DNA of 64,000 nucleotides, taken from assembly GCA_963691875.1 (NCBI GenBank), contig OY829846.1:2976001-3040000 (forward strand), given 5' to 3'. Made by a program: the position numbers and the translations under genes. The notes under the pieces are model-generated. The model was not told where the DNA came from and made no database searches. It saw only the letters and a program-made list of their open reading frames with translations. This stretch comes from Aureliella sp. Lineage in GTDB: Bacteria > Planctomycetota > Planctomycetia > Pirellulales > Pirellulaceae. Below are positions 44,245 through 54,870 of this stretch, piece after piece (within the stretch, counting starts at the first letter, position 1; every line of letters begins with the position of its first letter).

Positions 44245-44895
44245 CTAATCGGGCTCCAGCAGTTCTCTCAACTTGGCTTCCGCTCGCTTCAGTGTCACAC
44301 CGACGGATCCCATCGGAATGCCAAGTCTTTGACTGATTTCTGCATAGCTTTGTTCTTGCAAGTAAAACAATTCGACGATCTTGCGTTGCTTCTCTGGCAA
44401 GTCCTTCAATTCCTGCCGGATTTGCGATTTTTGCTCATCAGCCAAGACTCGATGGCTTGGATCAGCCTGTCTGGCTTCCGAGTGTGCTAGCTCCTGAAAT
44501 TCTTGCTGTTGGTCACTGGCCAGCAGGTTGCGTTTCGCCGCGTACGTCCGAGTCGCACAACGCGTAGAAATCACGGCCAAGTAGGTTGTTAAGGAGCTGC
44601 GTCCCTCGAAAGCACGCAATGCTGCGTTCTCATTTTTAAGCAGTGCAGCAAACACTTCGGCCGTTGCATCATCGATACCGCTAGAGTCATGGCCGCTTCC
44701 GAAAGAACGAGCGACATCGGCGACCCGAGCCCGAATCAATCTTCCGAACTGCTGGACAAATACTTGCCAAGCATTGCCATCGCCTTCGATCAGTCGTGTC
44801 ACTAGAGCACGATCCTGAGCGTACGCTGCACGATGCGACGCGAATACTGAGTCTCTCGTCTGCGATGGCTCGGACTGGGATTCGGCATGCGGCAC
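44245..44895 (-). CDS. ECF RNA polymerase sigma factor
   Basis: GDGNAWQVFV, FEGRSSLTTYL and LPEKQRKIVELFYLQEQSYAEISQRLGIPMGSVG. Confidence 0.93.
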   Translation of the reverse strand: MPHAESQSEPSQTRDSVFASHRAAYAQDRALVTRLIEGDGNAWQVFVQQFGRLIRARVADVARSFGSGHDSSGIDDATAEVFAALLKNENAALRAFEGRSSLTTYLAVISTRCATRTYAAKRNLLASDQQQEFQELAHSEARQADPSHRVLADEQKSQIRQELKDLPEKQRKIVELFYLQEQSYAEISQRLGIPMGSVGVTLKRAEAKLRELLEPD

Positions 44896-45168
44896 AAGAA
44901 ATGACTCAAACGAACAACTTTATCAGGCGGTAATCCGGTCGCAGGTCTCGAAGCGACTATTCTATTGTCTCCCCACGCCTCGACCCAACCGAATGAATTC
45001 TAGCACATTTCAAAAAAGGACCGCACAAGTACCCTCCCGAGAACCCTATCTTGCATCGTGTATTAACTTGTTACTCACGGTCCTTTTTCCTCAGAAAGCA
45101 GACACAAGCAGCTAGAGGCAAATTGCCTCCCGCTGCTCGTGTGAGGTATTGAGTTGTTCTGCCGATTC

Positions 45169-47049
45169 TCAGTATCGTCGCGAGGCGAACCGCACGATAT
45201 CGTCCTCATCGACTGTGAGCCCATCGAGCTCGTCGGCGAGAATGCGATCGATTTCACCATCTCGAGCGAGCACCGTGTCAGCTCCTTGACCACCCGCCAT
45301 AAAGTCCGTTCCTGCACCGCCTACGATGAGGTCATTTCCGTTCTGCCCGAAGACCGCATCATTGCCCGCGCCGCCCAGCATGGAGTCGTTGCCATCTCCA
45401 CCCAGCATGCGGTCATTCCCTAGGCCACCCGACATGCGGTCTCTGCCGTCATCGCCACCCATCATGTCATTGCCCAGTGCACCAAACATAATGTCATTGC
45501 CGACTCCGCCACGCATCACATCATTGCCTACGCCGCCGTGCATCCAGTCGTTCCCGTGTGAGCCATAGATGTCATCATCTCCTCGCATGCCGAGCAGAAT
45601 ATCGTTTCCGGTGCCACCGCTGATCGCGTCGTTGAACCTAGTTGGCGTAGCATCCGGGGGTATGCCATCAGGCTTTGAGGGCGCAGCATCACCGGACAAT
45701 CCACTCATTCCCTCGCTGCTACCTACAGATCCATCTGCGCCCACAAGACGGGCTGCAGTCGGATGCGAAGCAAGCATTGCGTTGACATCACTATCTCGGT
45801 CTCCGTCGCCGAGTCGCAAGTCGCCAAAGATAATGTCGTTGCCTGAATCCCCGCTGAGTCGGTCGTTGCCATGGCCACCGACAAGGATGTCGTTTCCGGA
45901 GCCGCCCGAAGCAGAGTCAGAGCTGTTTCCAGCAACTACGATATCATCGCCTGCGCCGGCTTCCATCGTGTCCTCGCCGCGACCAACACCTCCGAAATCG
46001 CGAGCGTACTGAACCGGATAAATATAGCCTTCGGGATAACTATTCGTCGCATCGCCAAAAACCCAATCGTCGCCCGGGCCACTGCGCAAGCGATCGTTTC
46101 CGCTTCCGCCAATGATGTAATCGACCGTTCCGCCTCCACGAATGTCATCATCGCCAAGACCACCAAAGATGACACTGGGGCCAAGTCCACCATCAATTCG
46201 GTCATCGCCCTCTTCGCCTTCGATGTAATCCGCGCCGCTGCCACCGCGTACCGAATCGTTGCCCGCACCAGCGATGACTCGGTCGTGTCCAGGGCCCGCA
46301 TGAATGCGGTCATTCCCTCTACCGCCTAGGATTAGATCGTTAAATCGGGGGCGAGATCGAGCCTCCGCTAGGCTCGGTGAGTCTTCGCTTTCTATTCCAT
46401 CTGGGCCCGCGCCACGGCCAGCCGCGTTGCCAACTGCGGTGAATCCATTAGCAATGAAGCTATTGTCGCTAGCATCATCCTCCCGCAGATCGTCACCAAG
46501 AATGTTGTCGTTGCCATCGCCTCCACTGAGTGCGTCGTTGCCTACACCACCCGCGATAGCATCATCACCTTTTCCACCGTTGATTCGATCGTTACCCGCG
46601 TCACCAGCAATCCGATCATTTCCGGCTTCTCCACGAATGCGGTCGTGCCCTGGTCCGCCAAGGATCGTGTCGTTCTGCTGACTGCCAACAATCGAGTCAT
46701 TCCCCTCTCCACCGGCGATTGTCGTTGTCTGGCCAACGGTAGAAGAAAACACAACCGAGTCATCGCCACCGCCAGCGCGGACATTGACATGTCGAACTCG
46801 GCTGTTGGTGAGTTCAAACACAGTTGAATCCACGCGGATGAACAGTGTGTCTGACTCCGCATCGGCTCGGGCTCGAATCACATTGTCGTTTCCGTCAGCA
46901 ACGATCGTTAGCTCGCCGCCAGTCAGCAGCGCGCTGGCATCGAGGACCGTACGAGACTCGAGAGTTTGAAAAATGGGGTTTCGGCGAAGGGATGCTTGCA
47001 GACGTTTGCGATTTTGGCGTTTGGAAGAAGATTGGAGAAAGCGGCGCAT
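45169..47049 (-). CDS. Secreted Ca-binding RTX/hemolysin-type repeat protein
   Basis: Dozens of GGxGxDxL nonapeptides; planctomycete-type basic N-terminus with QTLESRTVL. Confidence 0.9.
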   Translation of the reverse strand: MRRFLQSSSKRQNRKRLQASLRRNPIFQTLESRTVLDASALLTGGELTIVADGNDNVIRARADAESDTLFIRVDSTVFELTNSRVRHVNVRAGGGDDSVVFSSTVGQTTTIAGGEGNDSIVGSQQNDTILGGPGHDRIRGEAGNDRIAGDAGNDRINGGKGDDAIAGGVGNDALSGGDGNDNILGDDLREDDASDNSFIANGFTAVGNAAGRGAGPDGIESEDSPSLAEARSRPRFNDLILGGRGNDRIHAGPGHDRVIAGAGNDSVRGGSGADYIEGEEGDDRIDGGLGPSVIFGGLGDDDIRGGGTVDYIIGGSGNDRLRSGPGDDWVFGDATNSYPEGYIYPVQYARDFGGVGRGEDTMEAGAGDDIVVAGNSSDSASGGSGNDILVGGHGNDRLSGDSGNDIIFGDLRLGDGDRDSDVNAMLASHPTAARLVGADGSVGSSEGMSGLSGDAAPSKPDGIPPDATPTRFNDAISGGTGNDILLGMRGDDDIYGSHGNDWMHGGVGNDVMRGGVGNDIMFGALGNDMMGGDDGRDRMSGGLGNDRMLGGDGNDSMLGGAGNDAVFGQNGNDLIVGGAGTDFMAGGQGADTVLARDGEIDRILADELDGLTVDEDDIVRFASRRY

Positions 47050-47219
47050 GGGCGAAAACCTTCAGTTCAGAGGCGACTTATAAATCACCGGCCAACATGC
47101 CCAACAACCTCGATTCACGGGCACGGGCGGTGTGAAACGAGTGAGGTTGCAAGAGTTGGTGACACGAAACTGCTGCTTTATTACATCGCGCAGACCGAAT
47201 TTCTGAGAAAAACGTGCCG

Positions 47220-47321
47220 GTAGCGGAAGTCGTAAACAACCTGAACCGTTCGAAGTTGGTTCGCTAGGTTCAGGTGGATTCGACAGAACGTCGAGAAAAG
47301 CAATTCTGGTAATTCCACTAC
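47220..47321. repeat. Degenerate REP-like units
   Basis: GTAGCGGAAGTCGT.., GTGGATTCGACAGAA and TTCTGGTAATTCCACTAC, similar to the 3303-3448 family. Confidence 0.55.
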
Positions 47322-47509
47322 CTAAAGTCGGTCTCAGCAGCTAAGGCCACAAAGACGAAAACCACCTCTATTTGACTTCACTCCGTCGATCCAATCATGT
47401 CACAGTGACATCAATTCGATTCGAGAAGCAAATAGCCCACTGGACTCGACTCACCCTAAGCCAAGATTTAGATGGCACTTATGGCGATTTCCTAGCCGAT
47501 TCGCGTTTT

Positions 47510-47526
47510 TGGCATAGCGAATGCCA
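47510..47526. promoter_or_regulatory. Palindromic sigma54-like site TGGCAT-N5-ATGCCA
   Basis: GG-N10-GC spacing is satisfied on both strands, between divergent genes. Confidence 0.55.
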
Positions 47527-47607
47527 CTATTCTTTTTCGCCAGCTTAGAAGGGGCCTGCTGGGGCAAATGCACTTTTCCATGACTCTAGCCTAGGGAGTT
47601 TGGCAAG

Positions 47608-48489
47608 ATGAGAATTCCAAGAGCAACCATAACCTACCTTTGGATCGCCAGTGCAATCCTTGCATCAGTAGGCATTTCCGAAACACGAGCGGGCAGTCCG
47701 CTCTGCGAAGCTGCGTCGCAGTACAACGAGGCGGTTCGACACTTCGAGATCGCAATCTTTGAACGCGGCTCCGATCACTACAGCAAGCGTCTCGTGCAGC
47801 GTCTAGAAGACGCCGCGATTGAAATGCGTTCCGCCTCGCATCAACCCAATCAACTCGATCGTTTGGTGCACGCTTGGGAAGATATCCAACTGTTGCACCC
47901 GCGAATGGAAGCCTACGCCTTCCGCGCTCGCAATAGTTGCCAAATTCGCCCCGACGCCAGGCTGCAGGAGTGCTGGGAACGTGTGAACTGCGCATATCGA
48001 GATCTTGGCAAAGAAATCGCGTGCTTGCTGGGCGAGCATCCACAGCAGACGCTGGTTCCGCGATGGTTGCCGAATGCTACCACGGGTATCCCTGGCGCCG
48101 CGATTCCTCAGCAATCGTTCAGGATCGCGCCTCAAGTTCCAACTGCTCCGCCGACATACACCGTACCCGCAGTGCCGACGGCACATGCGATTCCCCAATC
48201 GCTGAATCGCACGCTACCTCAAACCTTCGTTCCGACGACGCAACGCTATGTCCCAACCTCAGGAATTCAGCGACAGACAGTCACCGTGCCAGCATTGCCG
48301 AGTCAAGCCTACGTTCCGCGTACGACAACCAGTCGAGCCTTTCCTTTTGAACTTCGATTGGATGACGTTCGGCTCCGCCCGAGCTACCGAAGTATAGAGA
48401 GTCGTCGCCCAACCGTGGATCCTGCTCGAATGCGAACTCTGATGCTTCAAGCACTTCTACGCCGCGCGACCGAGTTTGAGGATGACTAG
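47608..48489 (+). CDS. Secreted hypothetical protein (helical N-domain, Pro/Thr-rich tail)
   Basis: Signal-peptide-like N-terminus; GGGAG upstream. Confidence 0.7.
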   Translation: MRIPRATITYLWIASAILASVGISETRAGSPLCEAASQYNEAVRHFEIAIFERGSDHYSKRLVQRLEDAAIEMRSASHQPNQLDRLVHAWEDIQLLHPRMEAYAFRARNSCQIRPDARLQECWERVNCAYRDLGKEIACLLGEHPQQTLVPRWLPNATTGIPGAAIPQQSFRIAPQVPTAPPTYTVPAVPTAHAIPQSLNRTLPQTFVPTTQRYVPTSGIQRQTVTVPALPSQAYVPRTTTSRAFPFELRLDDVRLRPSYRSIESRRPTVDPARMRTLMLQALLRRATEFEDD

Positions 48490-48496
48490 TGAGGTT

Positions 48497-49383
48497 TCAC
48501 TGAAACGAAGAGGCTGCATCCCTTGGGATGCAAAAATAAACGGCAGGGTGGTTCACTCTGCCGTCTGGCATTTCCTGGAGACTGAGAGAAACTCCGTTAA
48601 CGCACATCCACAAGGATTGCGTACTAATATTGACATTCCCTTGTGCAACTTGCTTGGCCAGGATTTCCATTACCGGTCTTATGACACTGAAGTGATCGTG
48701 GCCCGCAATCCTAAAGAACTGAATATTAGCGTTCGTGTTCTCAGCATTCATGGTTGAGGTCGCCCCATCCCAGTTTACTTCTGCCCCTTCGCTCACAAAC
48801 ACTGGAGTCTCTACTAGGTGCGTCGCTTTGATCTTCTAGCTTGTCGCCATCTCGGCTTTGTTGTTTCGATCGCCGTAGGGCAGCGCGGCCAAGTGCTCTG
48901 TCGCAGCCAAGATGGCGTCGACTTCACTAAAGAATCCTTCAAGCTGGCCTGGATTGTCGATTCCGCCGCGCTGAGGGGGAAACATCATGACAAACCCTGC
49001 TTTGCGAAAGGCACTGGCCGGTTGATGAGTGTCACGAGACCTTGGAGAGCAGACGTCATCAATCGAGTTATGAACGCAGCCAGTAATCCGCACGATCACG
49101 GATGCTTCTCGCCGTCCTCTGGTTCTTTGGCCACATAGGCGTGGACCACTAGGACCTCAGACTGATACGAAAGTAACTGAAAATCATTTTCTTCAGGCGA
49201 TGTTGTCGCAGCTGGATATGAGTCGCCGGAGGTGATCACCGTTGTTGGGAACTGCTTCTCGCTCCAACCGGCGAATCCTGGTCGACTCCACCTACTGGAC
49301 CAGGTCCCGATTGGGTTCCGGATCAACCTGCAGTCAAAAGGCGTAACAAGTGAAACTGGGTACGCGTTAGAGTTCCAGTTCAA
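48497..49383 (-). pseudogene. Degraded S9-type alpha/beta hydrolase
   Basis: Three collinear fragments (..PEDGEKHP / ..ITG..NSIDDV..AFRKAGFVMMFP.QRGG.DNPG..EGF..EVD.ILAA..L / ..GHDHFSVI..). The GxSxG nucleophile segment is missing. Confidence 0.7.
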
Positions 49384-49466
49384 AACACGGGAATTAACCC
49401 ATTAATCGCCAAGAGCATGGCGAAACCGATGCACTGTTTCGATAAATGGCATTCGTAGAGAACGCG

Positions 49467-51155
49467 TTACTCGCGTTCCGCGATGGCCTTCTTCCTTGCC
49501 GCCTCAAATTCGTCGCCAGGAACCCACTCTGGCATTTTGTCTTGATTGGCGACAATCGTGCCTGTATGAAACAACAGCTGAGCGTCTTCGATCGCTCCTT
49601 CCAAGTTCCAGTCGTCGCTGTATTCATCGCTTGGCTGGTGGTAGATTTTTTTCGTCCACTCGTCGAACTGCTGCTTACCCCAGCCGTCAGGCCGCCCAAT
49701 GAAGTTGACGCCACTGTCGAGATAAACGCCTGGAACGCCGACTTGCGCAAGGCTAAATTGATCAGAGCGGTAGTAGTACCCGCGATCGGGATACAGATCA
49801 GGAGTGACGGTCCGTTTTTGCCACTTGGCGACTTGCGTCACAAGCGGGTCAAGGTTCGACTTGCCATTGCCGACAATGCTCAGATCGTAAGTTTTTCCGA
49901 GAAAGTTGATGCCGTCGATGTTCAGGACTGCCGCCATGTAGCCAGCGGGAAACGGCGGGTTTTCAGCTAGGTACTTTGACCCCAGCAGCCCCTGCTCTTC
50001 CGCTCCTACAAAAGCGAATAGAATCGAACGCTTTGGCCGTTCCTTCATCGAAGCAAATGCTTTCGCAATGGTGAGTAGGGATGCGGTTCCAGATGCGTTA
50101 TCAATGGCTCCATTGTAGATATTGTCTCCGTTTTCATCGCGCTGGGCGGCCATGCCGATATGATCATGGTGCGCCGTGAACACCACGTACTCTTTGGCGA
50201 GCGCTGGGTCGGAGCCACGCAGCACTCCTAACACGTTTCCAGTTACTTGTTCGCGTGCGATGGACTTAAGTGTAATGGTTGTGTTAACTCCCAAGGGCAC
50301 AGGCTGAAAGTTACGTGATTCCGCAGCCTCGCGCAACTTGTCTAAATCCTGCCCGGCTAACTTCATCACTCGTCGTGCTGCGTCCTCAGTAAGCCAGCCA
50401 TTAAAGTCGGTGTTCGGCCCCCTGTTATCAGCTAGGCGAAATTCTTCGCCAGCCCAGGAGGTTTGCACCACTTGGTACGGATAACCTGCTGAGGGCTCCG
50501 TGTGAATTATGAGCGCACCAGCGGCTCCCATCCGAGCGGCTTGAGCGTACTTGTAATCCCAACGCCCATAGTAGAGTCGCTTGCGCCCGCTAAAGAGATT
50601 GGGATCGTCCTCAGGATCATTGTTCATAATGACCAAGATCTTACCAGTGACATCGACGTCTTTGAAATCATCCCAGTCGTACTCAGGCGCCTGCATTCCA
50701 TAGCCGACGAAAACGAGATCTCCGGTAACAGAGATTATTTCATTAACGGCCTTACCACTGGTAAGCATCATGTCATCGTGGTGATTCAAGTGCACAGAAA
50801 GATCACCTTTGTGGAAGCTGACACTGGTCGGTGGTGAAGTTGAAACCCCTACCAGTGGTACGGACTGTGCCCAGCTCGCTTTTCCATCATCGGTATTCCC
50901 ACCTGGCTCGATACCCATAGCTTCTAGCTGCGTTCGAATGTAAAGCTGTGCAATGGCATCGCCGCGCGAAGCCGGGCCACGGCCTTCAAGTAGGTCGTCG
51001 GCAAGAAAGCGAATATGGCTGCGCATCACATGATCTTCTATCTGGCGGGCAGCTAGTGCTGCTGGCGCCGATGGCGACCACTCCTGTGCACCGGAATGGT
51101 TCGCGAGAATCAATAGTGAGAGGAGGAATCCAGTAGAGAATATTCGGTTGAGCAT
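49467..51155 (-). CDS. M28 family metallopeptidase with PA domain
   Basis: LADDLLEGRGP, AHHDHIG, IYNGAIDNASG, AEEQGLLGS, RSDQ and YHQPSD. Confidence 0.94.
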   Translation of the reverse strand: MLNRIFSTGFLLSLLILANHSGAQEWSPSAPAALAARQIEDHVMRSHIRFLADDLLEGRGPASRGDAIAQLYIRTQLEAMGIEPGGNTDDGKASWAQSVPLVGVSTSPPTSVSFHKGDLSVHLNHHDDMMLTSGKAVNEIISVTGDLVFVGYGMQAPEYDWDDFKDVDVTGKILVIMNNDPEDDPNLFSGRKRLYYGRWDYKYAQAARMGAAGALIIHTEPSAGYPYQVVQTSWAGEEFRLADNRGPNTDFNGWLTEDAARRVMKLAGQDLDKLREAAESRNFQPVPLGVNTTITLKSIAREQVTGNVLGVLRGSDPALAKEYVVFTAHHDHIGMAAQRDENGDNIYNGAIDNASGTASLLTIAKAFASMKERPKRSILFAFVGAEEQGLLGSKYLAENPPFPAGYMAAVLNIDGINFLGKTYDLSIVGNGKSNLDPLVTQVAKWQKRTVTPDLYPDRGYYYRSDQFSLAQVGVPGVYLDSGVNFIGRPDGWGKQQFDEWTKKIYHQPSDEYSDDWNLEGAIEDAQLLFHTGTIVANQDKMPEWVPGDEFEAARKKAIAERE

Positions 51156-51333
51156 GCGGGAGAGCTGTTGAGGGTTGAGAGAGAGTGACAGAATTCAGCC
51201 AATGGGGCCGAGCCCTTGGCGACGGCATAGTCTACCATGGGTCGCCCAATAGATTCCAAAGCTGCGATGAGGTACCGATGATGAGCAGGCTGAATCTACG
51301 GATGGAGAAAAAGGAGCAGCACAGAGGCGGCAC

Positions 51334-52137
51334 CTATTTTTCGGGCACAAAGCTTTTCTGCAGCCAGTCTTGCGCTGAGAACGAAAGCTTATCTTGGTGC
51401 TTGTCGAGCTGCTTGTTGATCTTGTCGACGAGCTTTCCATTCAAGTCTTTTACTTTTTCGTCCACCACGCTCTTCAGACCAGCACCAAGCTCTTTTGCGA
51501 AGTCGCCGCCAAGCTGGCTGATCCGACGCATGCGATAGTAAGTCAGCTGGACATTGGCTTTTTCGATCTTGGGAACCAAAGATACATCCGGGGGTAGCTT
51601 GAGCGGGTTGAGCTGGATGGCAACATGCCCCTCCAAAGTCAAACGGCAGGCCGCATCAGCATTCGCACTCAGGCTAATCAGCTGGACATCTCGGGCCCAC
51701 TGGCTGAGACGCCCAAAGACGTCCAGCGAGGCATCTACGGTGACAGCGAAGGCAATCTTACCGTCGGAAAGTGTTTCAAGTCGGGTGAACTTGATCTTCA
51801 GATTCTTCTCAGGCTCGACGAAGGCGATCCGATAACGCGTCCACGTGCCCGAGTTGACCATTTTCTTCCGGCGTTTGGTCTCAATTTTGAAACCTTCGCG
51901 GCGAAGACGAATGCCATCCCAGACTTCCTTCTGCTTGCCCCACTTGCGGTCGTCTTCATAGGTTGGGGGAAGGTTGTCGCGAATAAGACGTTCAAGCCAT
52001 CCCAAGAGCGTTGGCGAAGCTAAGTCTTGTTCTACCTTGGTTGACGTTGGTTCCGCCTGGGAGGATTGGCCCAGAGTTGGCTGCAGCCCTAAAAAAGTCA
52101 ACAACAGAGAAGCGAGAAGACCGCGTTGAAGGAACAC
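51334..52137 (-). CDS. Secreted hypothetical protein
   Basis: Signal peptide; clean 267-aa ORF. Confidence 0.75.
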   Translation of the reverse strand: MFLQRGLLASLLLTFLGLQPTLGQSSQAEPTSTKVEQDLASPTLLGWLERLIRDNLPPTYEDDRKWGKQKEVWDGIRLRREGFKIETKRRKKMVNSGTWTRYRIAFVEPEKNLKIKFTRLETLSDGKIAFAVTVDASLDVFGRLSQWARDVQLISLSANADAACRLTLEGHVAIQLNPLKLPPDVSLVPKIEKANVQLTYYRMRRISQLGGDFAKELGAGLKSVVDEKVKDLNGKLVDKINKQLDKHQDKLSFSAQDWLQKSFVPEK

Positions 52138-52334
52138 TTCTCGCCTCTCAATTTTGAGTATCGGTTATGCCGTTCCACAACCCAAAGCCTTAGCGAGGAC
52201 TTTGTCACTTAATTGTGAGCGACAAGTCGCTTGTTGCCGAGCTATTCAAACGGGCCTGGAATGTCAGCTCAGAATCCCAACGGCCCAGCTACGCAAGTCC
52301 ATCATATTGAACATTCTGCCGATCGACGGCTTCA

Positions 52335-53831
52335 CTACTGCGTGATCTTCACTTGGCTGCCAACTGTCAGAATGCTGAATACATGTTGCGCATCGCGTGG
52401 TGCGAGGCTGATGCAGCCCGCATCCTTTAGATCAGGGCTTGGCATCTGAGGCGATCCATGGATGCAAAGATCATTGCCCAAGTTGATCCAGTATCCGCCG
52501 TATGGATTGCGTGGGTCAGCTTCTTCCACCACAACCGCCCCCGCGCCGTAGTAAGTTCGTTCAGTGCTACGATCCACCACCTGAAAGGTACCAGCTCTGG
52601 GAGCAGGATCGGTTCCTACCGAAAACGGGAATCGACCAGCGTACATCCTGTCGATGAAGAGCGTCAGTTCTTTTGCTCTCAAGTTGATCCGAGCATGAAA
52701 GGGCCCACGTAGAACCTTTAGCTCTTTGCCTGGTACCAAAGCTTTTGCATCACCAAGTCCATTCAAAGCTGCCAGCAACTCAGGGTTCATTCCGTATTGG
52801 GCCGCAACGCTCGCTACATTATCCGTTGCACTTGCAATGTGAGGCGAAGCAAGAAGGTGGCGTTTAGAGTACACAACTTCGCGAGCCAAGGCGTCAAGAA
52901 TATCGATCAAGTCGATGCTCTCATGGTAGCTGACTGTTGCACTTCCATAGTACGGCGTCAGCAGCAAGAGCGATTCTTTCAGCTCGCCTCGATTGGCAAG
53001 TGCAAGTGCCTGTTCTTTAGCAATGGAGTATTTCGTGGTCGGCTCAGGAGATTCAGTTGCCTCAGGGTTGGGCTCGTCGACCTGCGGTGCACTCTTGCGA
53101 GATGAGACCAAGTTGCCAGATGAACTCGACATATCTCGCATGCGCTGTCGCATGACTTCCAGCTCCGCATCCGATGGTGTTTCGTTTTGCCCAATCTTCG
53201 AGACAGCTGGAATACTCTCCTTCGTTGAGTCCTTAACCATTTGATCGAACTCATTCTGCAAGTCGGAACTCCCTTCGGCACCTAATGCCGGTAGCTTCGG
53301 CATCGTAGACCCAGCCATCGTGCTTTGTGCTGTGGGTGCGTTCTCTTGTTCGATGTCATTGATGTTTCCGACAACTGGTAGCTGTGGAGACGAATCCACT
53401 CCTGTGGTGGATGGAAGCTCAGGCAGGTCGGGAACAGTCGCTTGTTCATTCGTGCTGGGCAGCTGCACTGCAGCTTCATTGCCAACCAGCGGATTTTCAC
53501 TGTCACTTAGACGTAATGAAGGAATACTTGGGAACTCGGAACCACCCTCCGATCTCATTGGATTGTTCGATTCCGTTGGAACCGCTGTCGTACCAGACTC
53601 CAAAGACTGCATGAACTCTTCAGGGCTCATGCTGACAGCGCCCTGCATTGATGTGAGCTCGCCAGCATCAAGATTGAGATCGAGCTCCTCCAAGGCGTCG
53701 GCGCCGTCTTCGGCCAACCATTCCTTGATGCTGTCTGGAACCTCTGGGTCTGGCGCATTCAGCGCTGTATAGGCGCCATAACAAACCGCAAGCAAAAGAG
53801 CGACTACAACACCTGTCTTGATGGTTTGCAC
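52335..53831 (-). CDS. LysM + L,D-transpeptidase (YkuD) family protein
   Basis: N-terminal TM, long disordered linker, LysM-like VAAQYGMNPELLAALN, NPYGGYWI, catalytic IHG...GCISL. Confidence 0.85.
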   Translation of the reverse strand: MQTIKTGVVVALLLAVCYGAYTALNAPDPEVPDSIKEWLAEDGADALEELDLNLDAGELTSMQGAVSMSPEEFMQSLESGTTAVPTESNNPMRSEGGSEFPSIPSLRLSDSENPLVGNEAAVQLPSTNEQATVPDLPELPSTTGVDSSPQLPVVGNINDIEQENAPTAQSTMAGSTMPKLPALGAEGSSDLQNEFDQMVKDSTKESIPAVSKIGQNETPSDAELEVMRQRMRDMSSSSGNLVSSRKSAPQVDEPNPEATESPEPTTKYSIAKEQALALANRGELKESLLLLTPYYGSATVSYHESIDLIDILDALAREVVYSKRHLLASPHIASATDNVASVAAQYGMNPELLAALNGLGDAKALVPGKELKVLRGPFHARINLRAKELTLFIDRMYAGRFPFSVGTDPAPRAGTFQVVDRSTERTYYGAGAVVVEEADPRNPYGGYWINLGNDLCIHGSPQMPSPDLKDAGCISLAPRDAQHVFSILTVGSQVKITQ

Positions 53832-54028
53832 GAGTGTTCCTCCCTGAACGGTGCAAAACGATGCGAATCGGCTAACCCAATCGCAATCGATCTGTATATC
53901 AAACGGCGCAGGATGAGACCTCCTGCGCTGTGGGGATACTAGTTTTCCGCAGAGTGCATAGCTAGGGCAGTTCTTGACAGAATGCTAGCAGCATCTCAAG
54001 AGAGGCTGGCTGCTTGCTGCAAACGAGC

Positions 54029-54493
54029 CTACTGAACGTTCGCAGCTGGAACTCCATTACCCAACTGAGCCAGCACTTGAAGTACACCGTTGAGATGCGC
54101 CAGCCGAGGACCGAAGCGATCGACAAACTCGTTAAGCATGTACTCGCCTTCGAGCAAATGGTCGGCTTGGTCTTCGACTTCTTCCGTCAACGACTCCAGG
54201 AATTCAGTCTGTACGCGAGAGAGAGTTTCCGCAGCGCGACGGCAAGATTTCGCCAAATGTGGGTTGGCCTCCTTCCATTGTTCCAATTCGGCGGCACGCT
54301 GCTTCTGAGTATCCACAGAAGCTTGAACGAGTTGCTCAAGCAATTGGTTTTGCTTGTGTTGACCTGCGGCGATCTGGTGCAGCAATGCTAGCGTCGCTTC
54401 CGTCGGATTCTGTGGGTTTGATGCTGTTGCGCTCGGCTCAGCCGAAACATCGATGCGAAACATTGGTGAAAACTGGGACGGTTCGTTACCCAC
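54029..54493 (-). CDS. Hypothetical helical protein
   Basis: 154-aa ORF with coding-like composition (EFVDRFGPRLAHLNG). Confidence 0.7.
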   Translation of the reverse strand: MGNEPSQFSPMFRIDVSAEPSATASNPQNPTEATLALLHQIAAGQHKQNQLLEQLVQASVDTQKQRAAELEQWKEANPHLAKSCRRAAETLSRVQTEFLESLTEEVEDQADHLLEGEYMLNEFVDRFGPRLAHLNGVLQVLAQLGNGVPAANVQ

Positions 54494-54870
54494 AATAAAC
54501 TCCTACAAGTGCTAATGATGCCAACAGTATACTCAGCGGTGAAATCAAGTCGAGTTAGCGGAGTTGGAATGCCTGGGGGGTTGGGCAATATGGCGTTTTC
54601 AATTTCACTAAATCGCAGGGAGCCTAAAGTCGTCATAACTGGCTTTCCGAACTATCGATGAGAGTCGTGATATGTGCCGATGAGGTTTGAGCCTGAAAAA
54701 CAAAGGGTAAAACTAACCCTTTTGCTGTCCCTCCGCACCAAGACCGAACGAAGTTGCTGCCTGTTTCATTGATGCAATCCCTGCATTTTTCTTGCAGGCG
54801 TATTTTACAGACAACTGGTTGGAATAACCGCCAATCAGTGTTGTTCGAGAGTTGATCTGAGAAGCGTGGA

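Noticed and set aside
45300..46800. Repetitive DNA considered as a CRISPR array or tandem repeat
   Set aside because: The repeats are codons for GGxGxD RTX nonapeptides; there is no repeat-spacer structure and no cas gene.
53906..53928. GCGCAGGA/TCCTGCGC hairpin as a terminator
   Set aside because: There is no convincing U-tract on either strand.
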